A DNA stretch of 64,000 bases. Origin: Cyanobacteriota bacterium. GTDB lineage: Bacteria > Cyanobacteriota > Cyanobacteriia > Cyanobacteriales > Nostocaceae. The stretch spans positions 1 to 64,000 of the forward strand of contig JBJOKS010000025.1 in NCBI GenBank assembly GCA_046045965.1. The letters are read 5' to 3'. Below are positions 63,280-64,000 of the stretch, one piece after another (the stretch's first letter is position 1; each line of letters begins with the position of its first letter). The notes beneath the pieces are model-generated. The model worked only from the letters and a program-made list of their open reading frames with translations, made no database searches and had not been told where the DNA came from. The position numbers and the translations under genes are program-made.

Positions 63280-64000
63280 ATGCAAGAAGGAAGCTATATT
63301 TGGACTCATCTAGAAAAAACACAGCATCGTGCCGTTGACAAATGGATTGACAGAATATGGCTGATAATATTGCTGTTGGCTGCGATCTTGTTGTTTAGCA
63401 TCAATCTTGGCGGAATGCCGCTAACAGATTGGGATGAAAGCACTGTGGCACAGGTCGCTAAAGAAATTTGGCGTGCCGAAGCAGGTTCTATGCGCTGGCT
63501 TTACCCTACTTTGGGAGGTGAACCATACTATAACAAGCCACCCCTCATGCACTGGCTAATTGCTTGGGCTTACTCTCTGGGTGGTGTGAATGAATGGACG
63601 ACTCGCCTACCTGGTGCTATGCTTACAGCCCTTTCTGTGCCTTTACTGTATTGCATTGGCAGAGAGATATTTCGCCTCCGTTGGGCTGCTGTTTATAGTT
63701 CTTTGATTTATCTGACAATGTTACCAGTAGTGCGTTATGGCAGATTAGCCATGCTAGATGGCGTAGTGGTAAGCTTGTTGATGGTAATGATATTGTGTGT
63801 GTTGCGATCGCGCCGAGATTTGCGTTATTGCTTGGGTGTGGGTATCAGTTTTGGGCTGATTTGCCTCACTAAAGGCATGGTAGGCTTATTCTTAGGTGCT
63901 ATTGCTGTAGTTTTTCTTTTTTGGGATACACCAAGACTACTCACCAGTTACTATCTGTGGACAGGAATTTTCATCGGTGTTCTACCTGTTTTTGCTTGGT
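63280..64000 (+). CDS. ArnT/PMT-family (GT39-like) glycosyltransferase, 3' truncated by the window; not in the ORF track
   Basis: My own translation: MQEGSYIW..DWDESTVAQVAKE..PYYNKPPLMHW..TRLPGA..GRLAMLD. Confidence 0.88.
   Translation, partial: MQEGSYIWTHLEKTQHRAVDKWIDRIWLIILLLAAILLFSINLGGMPLTDWDESTVAQVAKEIWRAEAGSMRWLYPTLGGEPYYNKPPLMHWLIAWAYSLGGVNEWTTRLPGAMLTALSVPLLYCIGREIFRLRWAAVYSSLIYLTMLPVVRYGRLAMLDGVVVSLLMVMILCVLRSRRDLRYCLGVGISFGLICLTKGMVGLFLGAIAVVFLFWDTPRLLTSYYLWTGIFIGVLPVFAW

Overview
This AT-rich, gene-dense window comes from a filamentous cyanobacterium, most likely Nostocales. About 30 HIP1 octamers (GCGATCGC), many heptamer tandem repeats (STRR) and Nostocales-type MITEs support this. 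Most of it is core chromosome: ilvD, hemC, glgA, ycf51, dnaK, dusB, hisG, rppA and gor, plus two-component and c-di-GMP genes, a general-stress cluster and an ars operon. I saw no rRNA, tRNA, CRISPR array or intact transposase. Five features stand out. (1) A roughly 7.5 kb three-gene minus-strand locus of STAND-like P-loop ATPases: two are single-pass membrane receptors with near-identical extracytoplasmic TPR plus LivJ-type ligand-binding modules but divergent ATPase halves, and the third is a stand-alone ATPase. (2) This locus lies between an oxalate-CoA-ligase-like gene and a PanE2/oxalyl-CoA-reductase-like gene, next to ureidoglycolate lyase, suggesting an oxalate/glyoxylate module. (3) A pstS paralog is the first gene behind ArsR-type operator repeats in arsR-pstS-acr3-arsH-arsC. 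(4) A large serine recombinase homolog has lost its catalytic motifs. (5) A nested MITE has its empty-site version in the same window. All calls come from reading motifs by eye; no searches or computations were run.
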